From Eledone cirrhosa (lineage: Eukaryota), in contig OZ024740.1 in assembly GCA_964016885.1 (NCBI GenBank), forward strand, positions 15,872,001-15,936,000: 64,000 nucleotides of DNA, in the 5' to 3' direction. Shown here one piece after another: positions 51,501 to 64,000 of this stretch (positions are counted from its first letter, which is position 1; every line of letters starts with the position of its first letter). Below the pieces are notes generated by a model. That model was not told the DNA's origin and did not search any database. It saw only the letters and a list, made by a program, of their open reading frames with translations. The translations under genes were made by a program, and so were the position numbers.

Positions 51501-54500
51501 GAGAAGAAACTCTCAAGAGAGTTGGACAGCAGAAGGTCTTCAGAGAACAAACTCACGGGAGAGCTGGACAGCAGAAGGTCTTCAGAAAAGAAACTCTCAA
51601 GAGAGTTGGACAGCAGAAGGTCTTCAGAGATGAACTCTCGGGAGAGCTGTACATCAGAAGGTCTTCAGAGAAGAAACTCTCGGGAGAGCTGGATAGCAGA
51701 AGGTCTTCAGAAAAGAAACTCTCGGGAGAGCTGGACAGCAGAAGGTCTTCAGAGAAGAAACTCTCGGTAGAGCTGGACAGCAGAAGGTCTTCAGAGAAGA
51801 AAATGTCAGAAGAGCTGGACAGTAGGTCTTCAGAGAAGAAACTCTCGGGAGTGCTGGACAGCAGAAGGTCTTCAGAAAAGAAACTCTCAGGAGAGCTAGA
51901 CAGCAGAAGGTCTTCAGAGAAGAAACTCTCAGGAGAGTTGGACAGCAGAAGGTCTGCAGAGAAGAAACTCTCAGGAGAGCTGGACAGCAGAAGGTCTTTA
52001 GAGAAGAAACTGTCAGGAGAGCTGGACAGCAGAAGGTCTAAGAGAAGAAACTGTCAGGAGAGCTGGACAGTAGAAGGTCTTTAGAGAAGAAACTCTCAGG
52101 AGAGCTGGTCAGTAGAAGGTCTTCAGAGAAGAAACTGTCAGGAGACCTGGACAGCAGAAGGTCTTTAGAGAAGAAACTCTCAGGAGAGCTGGCCAGCAGA
52201 AGGTCTTCAGAGAAGAAACTGTCAGGAGAGCTGGACAGCAGATGGTCTTTAGCAAAGAAACTCTCAGAAGAGTTGGACAGCAGAAGGTCTGCAGAGAAGA
52301 AACTCTCAGGAGAGCTGGACAGCAGAAGGTCTTCAGAGAAGAGACTCTCGGGAGAGCTAGACAGCAGAAGGTCTTCAGAAAAGAAACTCTCAGGAGAGCT
52401 AGACAGCAGAAGGTCTTCAGAGAAGAAACTCTCAGGAGAGTTGGACAGCAGAAGGTCTGCAGAGAAGAAACTCTCAGGAGAGCTGGACAGCAGAAGGTCT
52501 TCAGAGATAAACTCTCGGGAGAGCTGTACATCAGAAGGTCTTCAGAGAAGAAACTCTCGGGAGAGCTGGATAGCAGAAGGTCTTCAGAAAAGAAACTCTC
52601 GGGAGAGCTGGACAGCAGAAGGTCTTCAGAGAAGAAACTCTCGGTAGAGCTGGACAGCAGAAGGTCTTCAGAGAAGAAAATGTCAGAAGAGCTGGACAGT
52701 AGGTCTTCAGAGAAGAAACTCTCGGGAGTGCTGGACAGCAGAAGGTCTTCAGAAAAGAAACTCTCAGGAGAGCTAGACAGCAGAAGGTCTTCAGAGAAGA
52801 AACTCTCAGGAGAGTTGGACAGCAGAAGGTCTGCAGAGAAGAAACTCTCAGGAGAGCTGGACAGCAGAAGGTCTTTAGAGAAGAAACTGTCAGGAGAGCT
52901 GGACAGCAGAAGGTCTAAGAGAAGAAACTGTCAGGAGAGCTGGACAGTAGAAGGTCTTTAGAGAAGAAACTCTCAGGAGAGCTGGTCAGTAGAAGGTCTT
53001 CAGAGAAGAAACTGTCAGGAGACCTGGACAGCAGAAGGTCTTTAGAGAAGAAACTCTCAGGAGAGCTGGCCAGCAGAAGGTCTTCAGAGAAGAAACTGTC
53101 AGGAGAGCTGGACAGCAGATGGTCTTTAGCAAAGAAACTCTCAGAAGAGTTGGACAGCAGAAGGTCTGCAGAGAAGAAACTCTCAGGAGAGCTGGACAGC
53201 AGAAGGTCTTCAGAGAAGAGACTCTCGGGAGAGCTAGACAGCAGAAGGTCTTCAGAAAAGAAACTCTCAGGAGAGCTAGACAGCAGAAGGTCTTCAGAGA
53301 AGAAACTCTCAGGAGAGTTGGACAGCAGAAGGTCTGCAGAGAAGAAACTCTCAGGAGAGCTGGACAGCAGAAGGTCTTCAGAGAAGAAACTCTCGGGAGA
53401 GCTGGACAGTAGAAGGTCTTCAGAAGAGAAACTCTCAGGAGAGCTAGACAGCAGAATGTCTTCAGAGAAGAAACTCTCAGGAGATCTAGACAGCAGAAGG
53501 TCTTTAGAGAAGAAACATTCAGGAGAGCTAGACAGCAGAAGGTCTTAAGAGAAGAAACTCTCAGGAGAGCTGGACAGCAGAAGGTCTTCAGAGAAGAAGC
53601 TCTCGGGAGAGTTGGACAGCAGAAGGTCTTCAGAGAAGAAACTCTCAGGAGAGCTAGACAGCAGAAGGTCTTCAGAGAAGAAAGTCTCAGGAGAGCTGGA
53701 TAGCAGAAGGTCTTCAGAGAAGAAACTCTCGGGAGAGCTGGACAGCAGAAGGTCTTTAGAGAAGAAACTCTCAGGAGAGCTAGACAGCAGAAGGTGTTCA
53801 GAGAAGAAACTCTCAAGAGATTTGGACAGCAGAAGGTCTTCAGAGAACAAACTCACGGGAGAGCTGGACAGCAGAAGGTCTTCAGAAATAAACTCTCGGG
53901 AGAGCTGGACATCAGAAGGTCTTCAGAGAAGAAACTCTCGGGAGAGCTGGATAGCAGAAGGTCTTCAGAGAAGAAACTCTCGGGAGAGCTGGACAGCAGA
54001 AGGTCTTCAGAGAAGAAAATGTCAGAAGAGCTGGACAGTAGGTCTTCAGAGAAGAAACTCTCGGGAGTGCTGGACAGCAGAAGGTCTTCAGAAAAGAAAC
54101 TCTCAGGAGAGCTAGACAGCAGAAGGTCTTCAGAGAAGAAACTCTCAGGAGAGTTGGACAGCAGAAGGTCTGCAGAGAAGAAACTCTCAGGAGAGCTGGA
54201 CAGCAGAAGGTCTTCAGAGAAGAAACTCTCGGGAGAGCTGGACAGCAGAAGGTCTTCAGAAAAGAAACTCTCAGGAGAGCTACACAGCAGAAGGTCTTCA
54301 GAGAAGAAACTCTCAGGAGAGCTAGACAGCAGAATGTCTTTAGAGAAGAAACTTTCAGGAGAGCTAGACAGCAGAAGGTCTTCAGGGAAGAAACTCCCGG
54401 GAGAGCTGGACAGCAGAAGGTCTTCAGAGAAGAAACTGTCAGGAGAGCTGGACAGTAGGTCTTCAGAGAAGAAATTCTCGGGAGTGCTGGAGAGCAGAAG

Positions 54501-57500
54501 GTCTTTAGAGAAGAAACTCTCAGAAGAGCTAGACAGCAGAAAATGTTCAGAGAAGAAACTGTCAGGAGAGCTGGACAGCAGAAGGTCTTCAGAGAAGAAA
54601 CTCTCAGGAGAGCTAGACAGCAGAAGGTCTTCAGAGAAGAAACTCTCAGGATAGCTGGACAGTAGAAGGTCTTCAGAGAAGAAACTCTCGGGAGAGCTGG
54701 ACAGCAGAAGGTCTTCAGAGAAGAAACTCTCAGGAGAGCTAGACAGCAGAAGGTCTTCAGAGAAGAAACTCTCAAGAGAGCTAGACAGCAGAGGGTCTTC
54801 AGAGAAGAAACTCTCGGGAGAGCTGAACAGCAGATGGTCTTCGGTGAAGAAACTCTCAGGAGAGCTAGACAGCAGAAGGTCTTCAGAGAAGAAACTCTCA
54901 GGAGAGCTAGACAGCAGAGGGTCTTCAGAGAAGAAACTCTCGGGAGAGCTGGACAGCAGATGGTCTTCAGCGAAGAAACTCTCAGAAGAGTTAGACAGCA
55001 GAAGGTCTTCAGAGAAGAAACTCTCAGGAGAGCTAGACAGCAGAAGGTCTTCAGAGAAGAAACTCTCAGAAGAGCTAGACAGCAGGTCTTCAGGGAAGAA
55101 ACTCTCGGGAGAGCTGGACAGCAGAAGGCCTTCAGAGAAGAAACTCTCAGAAGAGCTAGACAGCAGAAAGTGTTCAGAGGAGAAACTGTCAGGAGAGCTG
55201 GACAGCAGAAGGTCTTCAGAGAAGAAACTCTCAGGAGAGCTAGACAGCAGGTCTTCAGAGAAGAAACTCTCAGGACAGCTGGACAGCAGAAGGTCTTCAG
55301 AGACGAAACTCTCGGGAGAGCTGGACAGCAGAAGGTCTTCAGAGAAGAAACTCTCAGGAGAGCTAGACAGCAGAAGGTCTTCAGAGAAGAAACTCTCAGG
55401 AGAGCTAGACAGCAGTGGGTCTTCAGAGAAGAAACTCTCAGAAGAGCTAGACAGCAGATCTTCAGAGAAGAAACTCTAGGGAGAGCTGGACAGCTGGACA
55501 GCAGAAGGTCTTCAGAGAAGAAACTCTCAGGAGAGCTGGACAGCAGAAGGTCTTCAGAGAAGAAACTCTCGGGAGAGCTGGACAGCATAAGGTCTTCAGA
55601 AAAGAAACTCTCAGGAGAGCTAGACAGCAGAAGGTCTTTAGAGAAGAAACTTTCAGGAGAGCTAGACAGCAGAAGGTCTTCAGAGAAGAAACTCTCAGGA
55701 TAGCTAGACAGCAGAAGGTCTTCAGAGAAGAAAGTCTTGGGAGAGCTGGACAGCAGAAGGTCATTAGAGAAGAAACTCTCAGGAGAGCTAGACAGCAGAA
55801 GGTCTTCATAGAAGAAACTGTCAGGAGAGCTAGACAGCAGAAGGTCTTCAGAGAAGAAACTGTCAGGAGACCTGGACAGCAGAAGGTCTTAGAGAAGAAA
55901 CTGTCAGGAGAGCTGGACAGTAGAAGGTCTTTAGAGAAGAAACTCTCAGGAGAGCTGGTCAGTATAAGGTCTTCAGAGAAGAAACTGTCAGGAGACCTGG
56001 ACAGCAGAAGGTCTTCAGAGAAGAAACTGTCAGGAGACCTGGACAGCAGAAGGGCTTTAGAGAAGAAACTCTCAGGAGAGCTGGCCAGCAGAAGGTCTTC
56101 AGAGAAGAAACTGTCAGGAGAGCTGGACAGCAGATGGTCTTCAGCAAAGAAACTCTCAGAAGAGTTGGACAGCAGAAGGTCTTCAGAGAAGAAACTCTCA
56201 AGAGAGCTAGACAGCAGAAGGTCTTCAGAGAAGAAACTCTCAGAAGAGCTAGACAGCAGAAGGTCTTCAGAGAAGAAACTCTCAGGAGAGTTGGACAGCA
56301 GAAGGTCTGCAGAGAAGAAACTCTCAGGAGAGCTGGACAGCAGAAGGTCTTCAGAGAAGAAACTCTCGTGAGAGCTGGACAGCAGAAGGTCTTCAGAAGA
56401 GAAACTCTCAGGAGAGCTAGACAGCAGAATGTCTTCAGAGAAGAAACTCTCGGTAGAGCTGGACAGCAGAAGGTCTTCAGAGAAGAAAATGTCAGAAGAG
56501 CTGGACAGTAGGTCTTCAGAGAAGAAACTCTCGGGAGTGCTGGACAGCAGAAGGTCTTCAGAAAAGAAACTCTCAGGAGACCTAGACAGCAGAAGTTCTG
56601 CAGAGAAGAAACTCTCAGGAGAGCTGGACAGCAGAAGGTCTTCAGAGAAGAAACTCTCGTGAGAGCTGGACAGCAGAAGGTCTTCAGAAGAGAAACTCTC
56701 AGGAGAGCTAGACAGCAGAATGTCTTCAGAGAAGAAACTCTCAGGAGATCTAGACAGCAGAAGGTCTTTAGAGAAGAAAATTTCAGGAGAGCTAGACAGC
56801 AGAAGGTCTTAAGAGAAGAAACTCTCAGGAGAGCTGGACAGCAGAAGGTCTTCAGAGAAGAAGCTCTCGGGAGAGTTGGACAGCAGAAGGTCTTCAGAGA
56901 AGAAACTCTCAGGAGAGCTAGACAGCAGAAGGTCTTCAGAGAAGAAAGTCTCAGGAGAGCTGGACAGCAGAAGGTCTTCAGAGAAGAAACTCTCAAGAGA
57001 GCTGGATAGCAGAAGGTCTTCAGAGAAGAAACTCTCGGGAGAGCTGGACAGCAGAAGGTCTTTAGAGAAGAAACTCTCAGGAGAGCTAGACAGCAGAAGG
57101 TGTTCAGAGAAGAAACTCTCAAGAGAGTTGGACAGCAGAAGGTCTTCAGAGAACAAACTCACGGGAGAGCTGGACAGCAGAAGGTCTTCAGAGATAAACT
57201 CTCGGGAGAGCTGGACATCAGAAGGTCTTCAGAGAAGAAACTCTTGGGAGAGCTGGATAGCAGAAGGTCTTCAGAGAAGAAACTCTCGGGAGAGCTGGAC
57301 AGCAGAAGGTCTTCAGAGAAGAAACTCTCGGTAGAGCTGGACAGCAGAAGGTCTTCAGAGAAGAAAATGTCAGAAGAGCTGGACAGTAGGTCTTCAGAGA
57401 AGAAACTCTCGGGAGTGCTGGACAGCAGAAGGTCTTCAGAAAAGAAACTCTCAGGAGAGCTAGACAGCAGAAGGTCTTCAGAGAAGAAACTCTCAGGAGA

Positions 57501-60500
57501 GTTGGACAGCAGAAGGTCTGCAGAGAAGAAACTCTCAGGAGAGCTGGACAGCAGAAGGTCTTCAGAGAAGAAACTCTCGTGAGAGCTGGACAGCAGAAGG
57601 TCTTCAGAAAAGAAACTCTCAGGAGAGCTACACAGCAGAAGGTCTTCAGAGAAGAAACTCTCAGGAGAGCTAGACAGCAGAATGTCTTTAGAGAAGAAAC
57701 TTTCAGGAGAGCTAGACAGCAGAAGGCCTTCAGAGAAGAAACTCTCAGGAGAGCTGGACAGCAGAAGGTCTTCAGAGAAGAAGCTCTCGGGAGAGTTGGA
57801 CAGCAGAAGGTCTTCAGAGAAGAAACTCTCAGGAGAGCTAGACAGCGGAAGGTCTTCAGAGAAGAAAGTCTCAGGAGAGCCGGACAGCAGAAGGTCTTCA
57901 GAGAAGAAACTCTCGGGAGAGCTGGACAGCAGAAGGTCTACAGAGAAGAAACTCTCGGGAGAGCTGGACAGCAGAAGGTCTTCAGAAAAGAAACTCTCAG
58001 GAGAGCTACACAGCAGAAGGTCTTCAGAGAAGAAACTCTCAGGAGAGCTAGACAGCAGAAGGTCTTTAGAGAAGAAACTTTCAGGAGAGCTAGACAGCAG
58101 AAGGTCTTCAGAGAAGAATCTCTCAGGAGAGCTGGACAGCAGAAGGTCTTCAGAGAAGAAGCTCTCGGGAGTGCTGGACAGCAGAAGGTCTTCAGAGAAG
58201 AAACTCTCAGGAGAGCTAGACAGCAGAAGGTCTTCAGAGAAGAAAGTCTCAGGAGAGCCGGACAGCAGAAGGTCTTCAGAGAAGAAACTCTCAGGAGAGC
58301 TGGATAGCAGAAGGTCTTTAGAGAAGAAACTCTCGGGAGAGCTGGACAGCAGAAGGTCTTTAGAGAAGAAACTCTCAGGAGAGCTAGACAGCAGAAGGTC
58401 TTCAGAGAAGAAACTCTCAAGAGAGTTGGACAGCAGAAGGTCTTCAGAGAACAAACTCACGGGAGAGCTAGACAGCAGAAGGTCTTCAGAGAAGAAACTC
58501 TCAGGGGAGCTAGACAGCAGAAGGTCTTCAGAGAAGAAACACTCAGAAGAGCTAGACAGCAGGTCTTCAGAGAAGAAACTCTCGGGAGAGCTGGACAGCA
58601 GAAGGTCTTCATAGAAGAAACTCTCGGGAGAGCTGGACAGCAGAAGGTCTTCAGAGAAGAAACTCCCAGGAGAGTTGCACAGCAGAAGGTCTGCAGAGAA
58701 GAAACTCTCGGGAGAGCTGGACAGCAGAAGGTCTTCAGAGAAGAAACTCTCGGGAGAGCTGGACAGCAGAAGGTCTTCAGAAAAGAAACATTCAGGAGAG
58801 CTACACAGCAGAAGGTCTTCAGAGAAGAAACTCTCAGGAGAGCTAGACAGCAGAAGGTCTTTAGAGAAGAAACTTTCAGGAGAGCTAGACAGCAGAAGGT
58901 CTTCAGAGAAGAATCTCTCAGGAGAGCTGGACAGCAGAAGGTCTTCAGAGAAAAAGCTCTCGGGAGTGCTGGACAGCAGAAGGTCTTTAGAGAAGAAACT
59001 CTCATAAGAGCTAGACAGCAGAAGGTGTTCAGCGAAGAAACTGTCAGGAGAGCTGGACAGCAGAAGATCTTCAGAGAAGAAACTCTCAGAAGAGCTAGAC
59101 AGCAGGTCTTCAGAGAAGAAACTCTCGGGAGAGCTGGACAGCAGAAAGTCTTCAGAGAAGAAACTCTCGGGAGAGCTGGACAGCAGAAGGTCTTCAGAGA
59201 TGAAACTCTCGGGAGAGCTGGACAGCAGAAGGTCTTCAGAAAAGAAACTCTCAGGAGAGCTACACAGCAGAAGGTCTTCAGAGAAGAAACTCTCAGGAGA
59301 GCTAGACAGCAGAAGGTCTTTAGATAAGAAACTTTCAGGAGAGCTAGACAGCAGAAGGTCTTCAGAGAAGAATCTCTCAGGAGAGCTGGACAGCAGAAGG
59401 TCTTCAGAGAAGAAGCTCTCGGGAGTGCTGGACAGCAGAAGGTCTTCAGAGAAGAAACTCTCAGGAGAGCTAGACAGCAGAAGATCTTCAGGGAAGAAAG
59501 TCTCAGGAGAGCTGGATAGCAGAAGGTCTTCAGAGAAGAAACTCTCGGGAGAGCTGGACAGCAGAAGGTCTTTAGAGAAGAAACTCTCAGGAGAGCTAGA
59601 CAGCAGAAGGTCTTCAGAGAAGAAACTCTCAAGAGAGTTGGACAGCAGAAGGTCTTCAGAGAACAAACTCACGGGAGAGCTGGACAGCAGAAGGTCTTCA
59701 GAGAAGAAACTCTCAGGAGAGCTAGACAGCAGAAGATCTTCAGGGAAGAAACTCTCGTGAGAGCTGGACAGCAGAAGGTCTTCAGAAGAGAAACTCTCAG
59801 GAGAGCTAGACAGCAGAATGTCTTCAGAGAAGAAACTCTCGGGAGAGCTGGACAGCAGAAGGTCTTCAGAGAAGAAACTCCCAGGAGAGTTGCACAGCAG
59901 AAGGTCTGCAGAGAAGAAACTCTCAGGAGAGCTGGACAGCAGAAGGTCTTCAGAGAAGAAACTCTCGGGAGAGCTGGACAGCAGAAGGTCTTCAGAAAAG
60001 AAACTCTCAGGAGAGCTACACAGCAGAAGGTCTTCAGAGAAGAAACTTTCAGGAGAGCTAGACAGCAGAAGGTCTTTAGAGAAGAAACTTTCAGGAGAGC
60101 TAGACAGCAGAAGGTCTTCAGAGAAGAATCTCTCAGGAGAGCTGGACAGCAGAAGGTCTTCAGAGAAGAAGCTCTCGGGAGTGCTGGACAGCAGAAGGTC
60201 TTTAGAGAAGAAACTATCAGAAGAGCTAGACAGCAGAAGGTGTTCAGCGAAGAAACTGTCAGGAGAGCTGGACAGCAGAAGGTCTTCAGACAAGAAACTC
60301 TCAGGAGAGCTAGACAGCAGAAGGTCTTCAGAGAAGAAACTCTCAAGAGAGTTGGACAGCAGAAGGTCTTCAGAGAACAAACTCACGGGAGAGCTGGACA
60401 GCAGAAGGTCTTCAGAGAAGAAACTCTCAGGGGAGCTAGACAGCAGAAGGTCTTCAGAGAAGAAACTCTCAGAAGAGCTAGACAGCAGGTCTTCAGAGAA

Positions 60501-63500
60501 GAAACTCTCGGGAGAGCTGGACAGCAGAAGGTCTTCAGAGAAGAAACTCTCGAGAGAGCTGGACAGCAGAAGGTCTTCAGAGAAGAAACTCCCAGGAGAG
60601 TTGCACAGCAGAAGGTCTGCAGAGAAGAAACTCTCAGGAGAGCTGGACAGCAGAAGGTCTTCAGAGAAGAAACTCTCGGGAGAGCTGGACAGCAGAAGGT
60701 CTTCAGAAAAGAAACTCTCAGGAGAGCTACACAGCAGAAGGTCTTCAGAGAAGAAACTTTCAGGAGAGCTAGACAGCAGAAGGTCTTTAGAGAAGAAACT
60801 TTCAGGAGAGCTAGACAGCAGAAAGTCTTCAGAGAAGAATCTCTCAGGAGAGCTGGACAGCAGAAGGTCTTCAGAGAAGAAGCTCTCGGGAGTGCTGGAC
60901 AGCAGAAGGTCTTTAGAGAAGAAACTCTCAGAAGAGCTAGACAGCAGAAGGTGTTCAGCGAAGAAACTGTCAGGAGAGCTGGACAGCAGAAGGTCTTCAG
61001 AGAAGAAACTCTCAGAAGAGCTAGACAGCAGGTCTTCAGAGAAGAAACTCTCGGGAGAACTGGACAGCAGAAGGTCTTCAGAGAAGAAACTCTCAGAAGA
61101 GCTAGACAGCAGAAAATGTTCACAGAAGAAACTGTCAAGAGAGCTGGACAGCAGAAGGTCTTCAGAGAAAAAACTCTCAGGAGAGCTGAACAGCAGAAGG
61201 TCTTCAGAGAAGAAACTCTCGGGAGAGCTGGACAGCAGAAGGTCTTCAGAAAAGAAACTCTCAGGAGAGCTAGACAGCAGAAGGTCTTCAGAGAAGAAAC
61301 TCTCAGGAGAGCTAGACAGCAGATGGTCTTCAGAGAAGAAACTCTCAGGAGAGCTAGACAGCAGAGGGTCTTCAGAGAAGAAACTCTCGGGAGAACTGGT
61401 CAGCAGATGGTCTTCAGCGAAGAAACTCTCAGAAGAGTTGGACAGCAGAAGGTCTTCAGAGAAGAAACTCTCAGGAGAGCTAGACAGCAGAAGGTCTTCA
61501 GAGAAGAAACTCTCAGAAGAGCTAGACAGCAGTTCTTCAGAGAAGAAACTCTCGGGAGAGCTGGACAGCAGAAGGTATTCTGAGAAGAAACTCTCAGGAG
61601 AGCTGGACAGCAGAAGCTCTTTAGAGAAGAAACTGTCAGAAGAGCTAGACCGCAGAAGGTCTTCAGAGAAGAAACTGTCAGGAGAGCTGGACAGCAAAAG
61701 GTCTTTAGAGAAGAAACTGTCAGGAGAGCTGGACAGTAGAAGGTCTTTAGAGAAGAAACTCTCAGGAGAGCTGGACAGTAGAAGGTCTTCAGAGAAGAAT
61801 CTGTCAGGAGACCTGGACAGCAGAAGGTCTTTAGAGAAGAAACTCTCAGGAGAGCTGGCCAGCAGAAGGTCTTCAGAGAAGAAACTGTCAGGAGAGCTGG
61901 ACAGCAGATGGTCTTCAGCGAAGAAACTCTCAGAAGAGTTGGACAGCAGAAGGTCTTCAGAGAAGAAACTCTCAGGGGAGCTAGGCAGCAGAAGGTCTTC
62001 AGAGAAGTAACTCTCAGAGAACTAGACAGCAGGTCTTCAGAGAAGAAACTCTCGGGAGAGCTGGACAGCAGAAGGTCTTCAGAGAGGAAACTCTCGGGAG
62101 AGCTAGACAGCAGAAGGTCTTCAGAAAAGAAACTCTCAGGAGAGCTAGACAGCAGAAGGTCTTCAGAGAAGAAACTCTCAGGAGAGCTGGACAGCAGAAG
62201 GTCTTCAGAAAAGAAACTCTCAGGAGAGCTACACAGCAGAAGGTCTTCAGAGAAGAAACTCTCAGCAGAGCTAGACAGCAGAAGGTCTTTAGAGAAGAAA
62301 CTTTCAGGAGAGCTAGACAGCAGAAGGTCTTCAGAGAAGAAACTCTCAGGAGAGCTGGACAGCAGAAGGTCTTCAGAGAAGAAGCTCTCGGGAGAGTTGG
62401 ACAGCAGAAGGTCTTCAGAGAAGAAACTCTCAGGAGAGCTAGACAGCAGAAGGTCTTCAGAGAAGAAAGTCTCAGGAGAGCTGGACAGCAGAAGGTCTTC
62501 AGAGAAGAAACTCTCAGGAGAGCTGGATAGCAGAAGGTCTTCAGAGAAGAAACTCTCGGGAGAGCTGGACAGCAGAAGGTCTTTAGAGAAGAAACTCTCA
62601 GGAGAGCTAGACAGCAGATGGTCTTCAGAGAAGAAACTCTCAAGAGAGTTGGACAGCAGAAGGTCTTCAGAGAACAAACTCACGGGAGAGCTGGACAGCA
62701 GAAGGTCTTCAGACATAAACTCTCGGGAGAGCTGGACAGCAGAAGGTCTTCAGAGAAGAAACTCTCGGGAGAGCTGGACAGCAGAAGGTCTTCAGAGAAG
62801 AAACTCTCGGTAGAGCTGGACAGCAGAAGGTCTTCAGAGAAGAAACTGTCAGGAGAGCTGGACAGTAGGTCTTCAGAGAAGAAACTCTCGGGAGTGCTGG
62901 ACAGCAGAAGGTCTTTAGAGAAGAAACTCTCAGAAGAGCTAGACAGCAGAAGGTGTTCAGAAAAGAAACTCTCAGAAGAGCTAGACAGCAGGTCTTCAGA
63001 GAAGAAACTCTCGGGAGAGCTGGACAGCAGAAAATGTTCAGAGAGAGAACTGTCAGGAGAGCTGGACAGCAGAAGGTCTTCAGAGCAGAAACTCTCAGGA
63101 GAGCTAGACAGCAGGTCTTCAGAGAATAAATTCTCAGGAGAGCTGGACAGCAGAAGGTCTTCAGAGAAGAAACTCTCAGGAGAACTAGACAGCAGGTCTT
63201 CAGAGAAGAAACTCTTAGGAGAGCTAAACAGCAGAAGGTCTTCAGAGAAAAAACTCTCAGGAGAGCTAGACAGCAGAGGGTCTTCAGAGAAGAAACTATC
63301 GGGAGAGCTGGACAGCAGATGGTCTTCAGCGAAGAAACTCTCAGAAGAGTTGGACAGCAGAAGGTCTTTAGAGAAGAAACTCTCAGGAGAGCTAGACAGC
63401 TGAAGGTCTTCAGAGAAGAAACTCTTAGAAGAGCTAGACATCAGGTCTTCAGAGAAGAAACTCTCGGGAGTGCTGGACAGCAGAAGGTCTTCAGAGAAGA

Positions 63501-64000
63501 AACTCTCAGGAGAGCTGGACAGCAGAAGGTCTTCAGAGAAGAAACTCTCGGGAGAGCTGGTCAGCAGATGGTCTTCAGCGAAGAAACTCTCAGAAGAGTT
63601 GGACAGCAGAAGGTCTTCAGAGAAGAAACTCTCAGGAGAGCTAGACAGCAGAAGGTCTTCAGAGAAGAAACTCTCAGAAGAGCTAGACAGCAGTTCTTCA
63701 GAGAAGAAACTCTCGGGAGAGCTGGACAGCAGAAGGTATTCTGAGAAGAAACTCTCAGGAGAGCTGGACAGCAGAAGGTCTTTAGAGAAGAAACTGTCAG
63801 AAGAGCTAGACCGCAGAAGGTCTTCAGAGAAGAAACTGTCAGGAGAGCTGGACAGCAAAAGGTCTTTAGAGAAGAAACTGTCAGGAGAGCTGGACAGTAG
63901 AAGGTCTTTAGAGAAGAAACTCTCAGGAGAGCTGGACAGTAGAAGGTCTTCAGAGAAGAATCTGTCAGGAGACCTGGGCAGCAGAAGGTCTTTAGAGAAG
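24505..64000. repeat. 42-bp tandem satellite, ~945 units, runs off the window end
   Basis: Consensus CTCTCAGGAGAGCT(G/A)GACAGCAGAAGGTCTTCAGAGAAGAAA. Frequent 39-bp variants, rarer 40/41/50-bp variants. Plus strand is 28/42 purine. Confidence 0.99.

Noticed and set aside
57159-61697. 1512-aa minus-strand ORF (SSSPESFFSEDLLL)n and similar long ORFs
   Set aside because: A 42-bp unit keeps frame, and this frame has only two codons (GAA, GAG) one step from a stop, so long ORFs are expected. No ATG start and no unique domain.

Overview
Eukaryotic, repeat-dominated window with no intact protein-coding gene. The SINE type and (TA)n/(CA)n density suggest a cephalopod, probably Octopus (inference, not verified). 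About 88% is two tandem arrays: a 55-bp unit x 304 copies (1641-18355) and a 42-bp unit x ~945 copies (24505 to the window end), both with higher-order duplications. The ORFs inside them are by-products of the repeat. Between the arrays lie a hAT-like MITE remnant and a nest of Penelope-like retroelement (PLE) pieces inserted in (TA)n. These include a 5'-truncated minus-strand RT + GIY-YIG element with a minimal hammerhead core at its 3' end, and a second PLE-type terminus with a complete type I hammerhead (19448-19530). The first 1.6 kb holds a near-perfect palindrome built on a hammerhead-like core, a candidate minus-strand exon and a head-to-head SINE pair. Best leads: the hammerhead cluster, the mostly synonymous/in-frame variation of the 42-bp array behind a splice-acceptor-like junction, and the dyad/STAT-site build of the 42-mer. 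None is a demonstrated new system.
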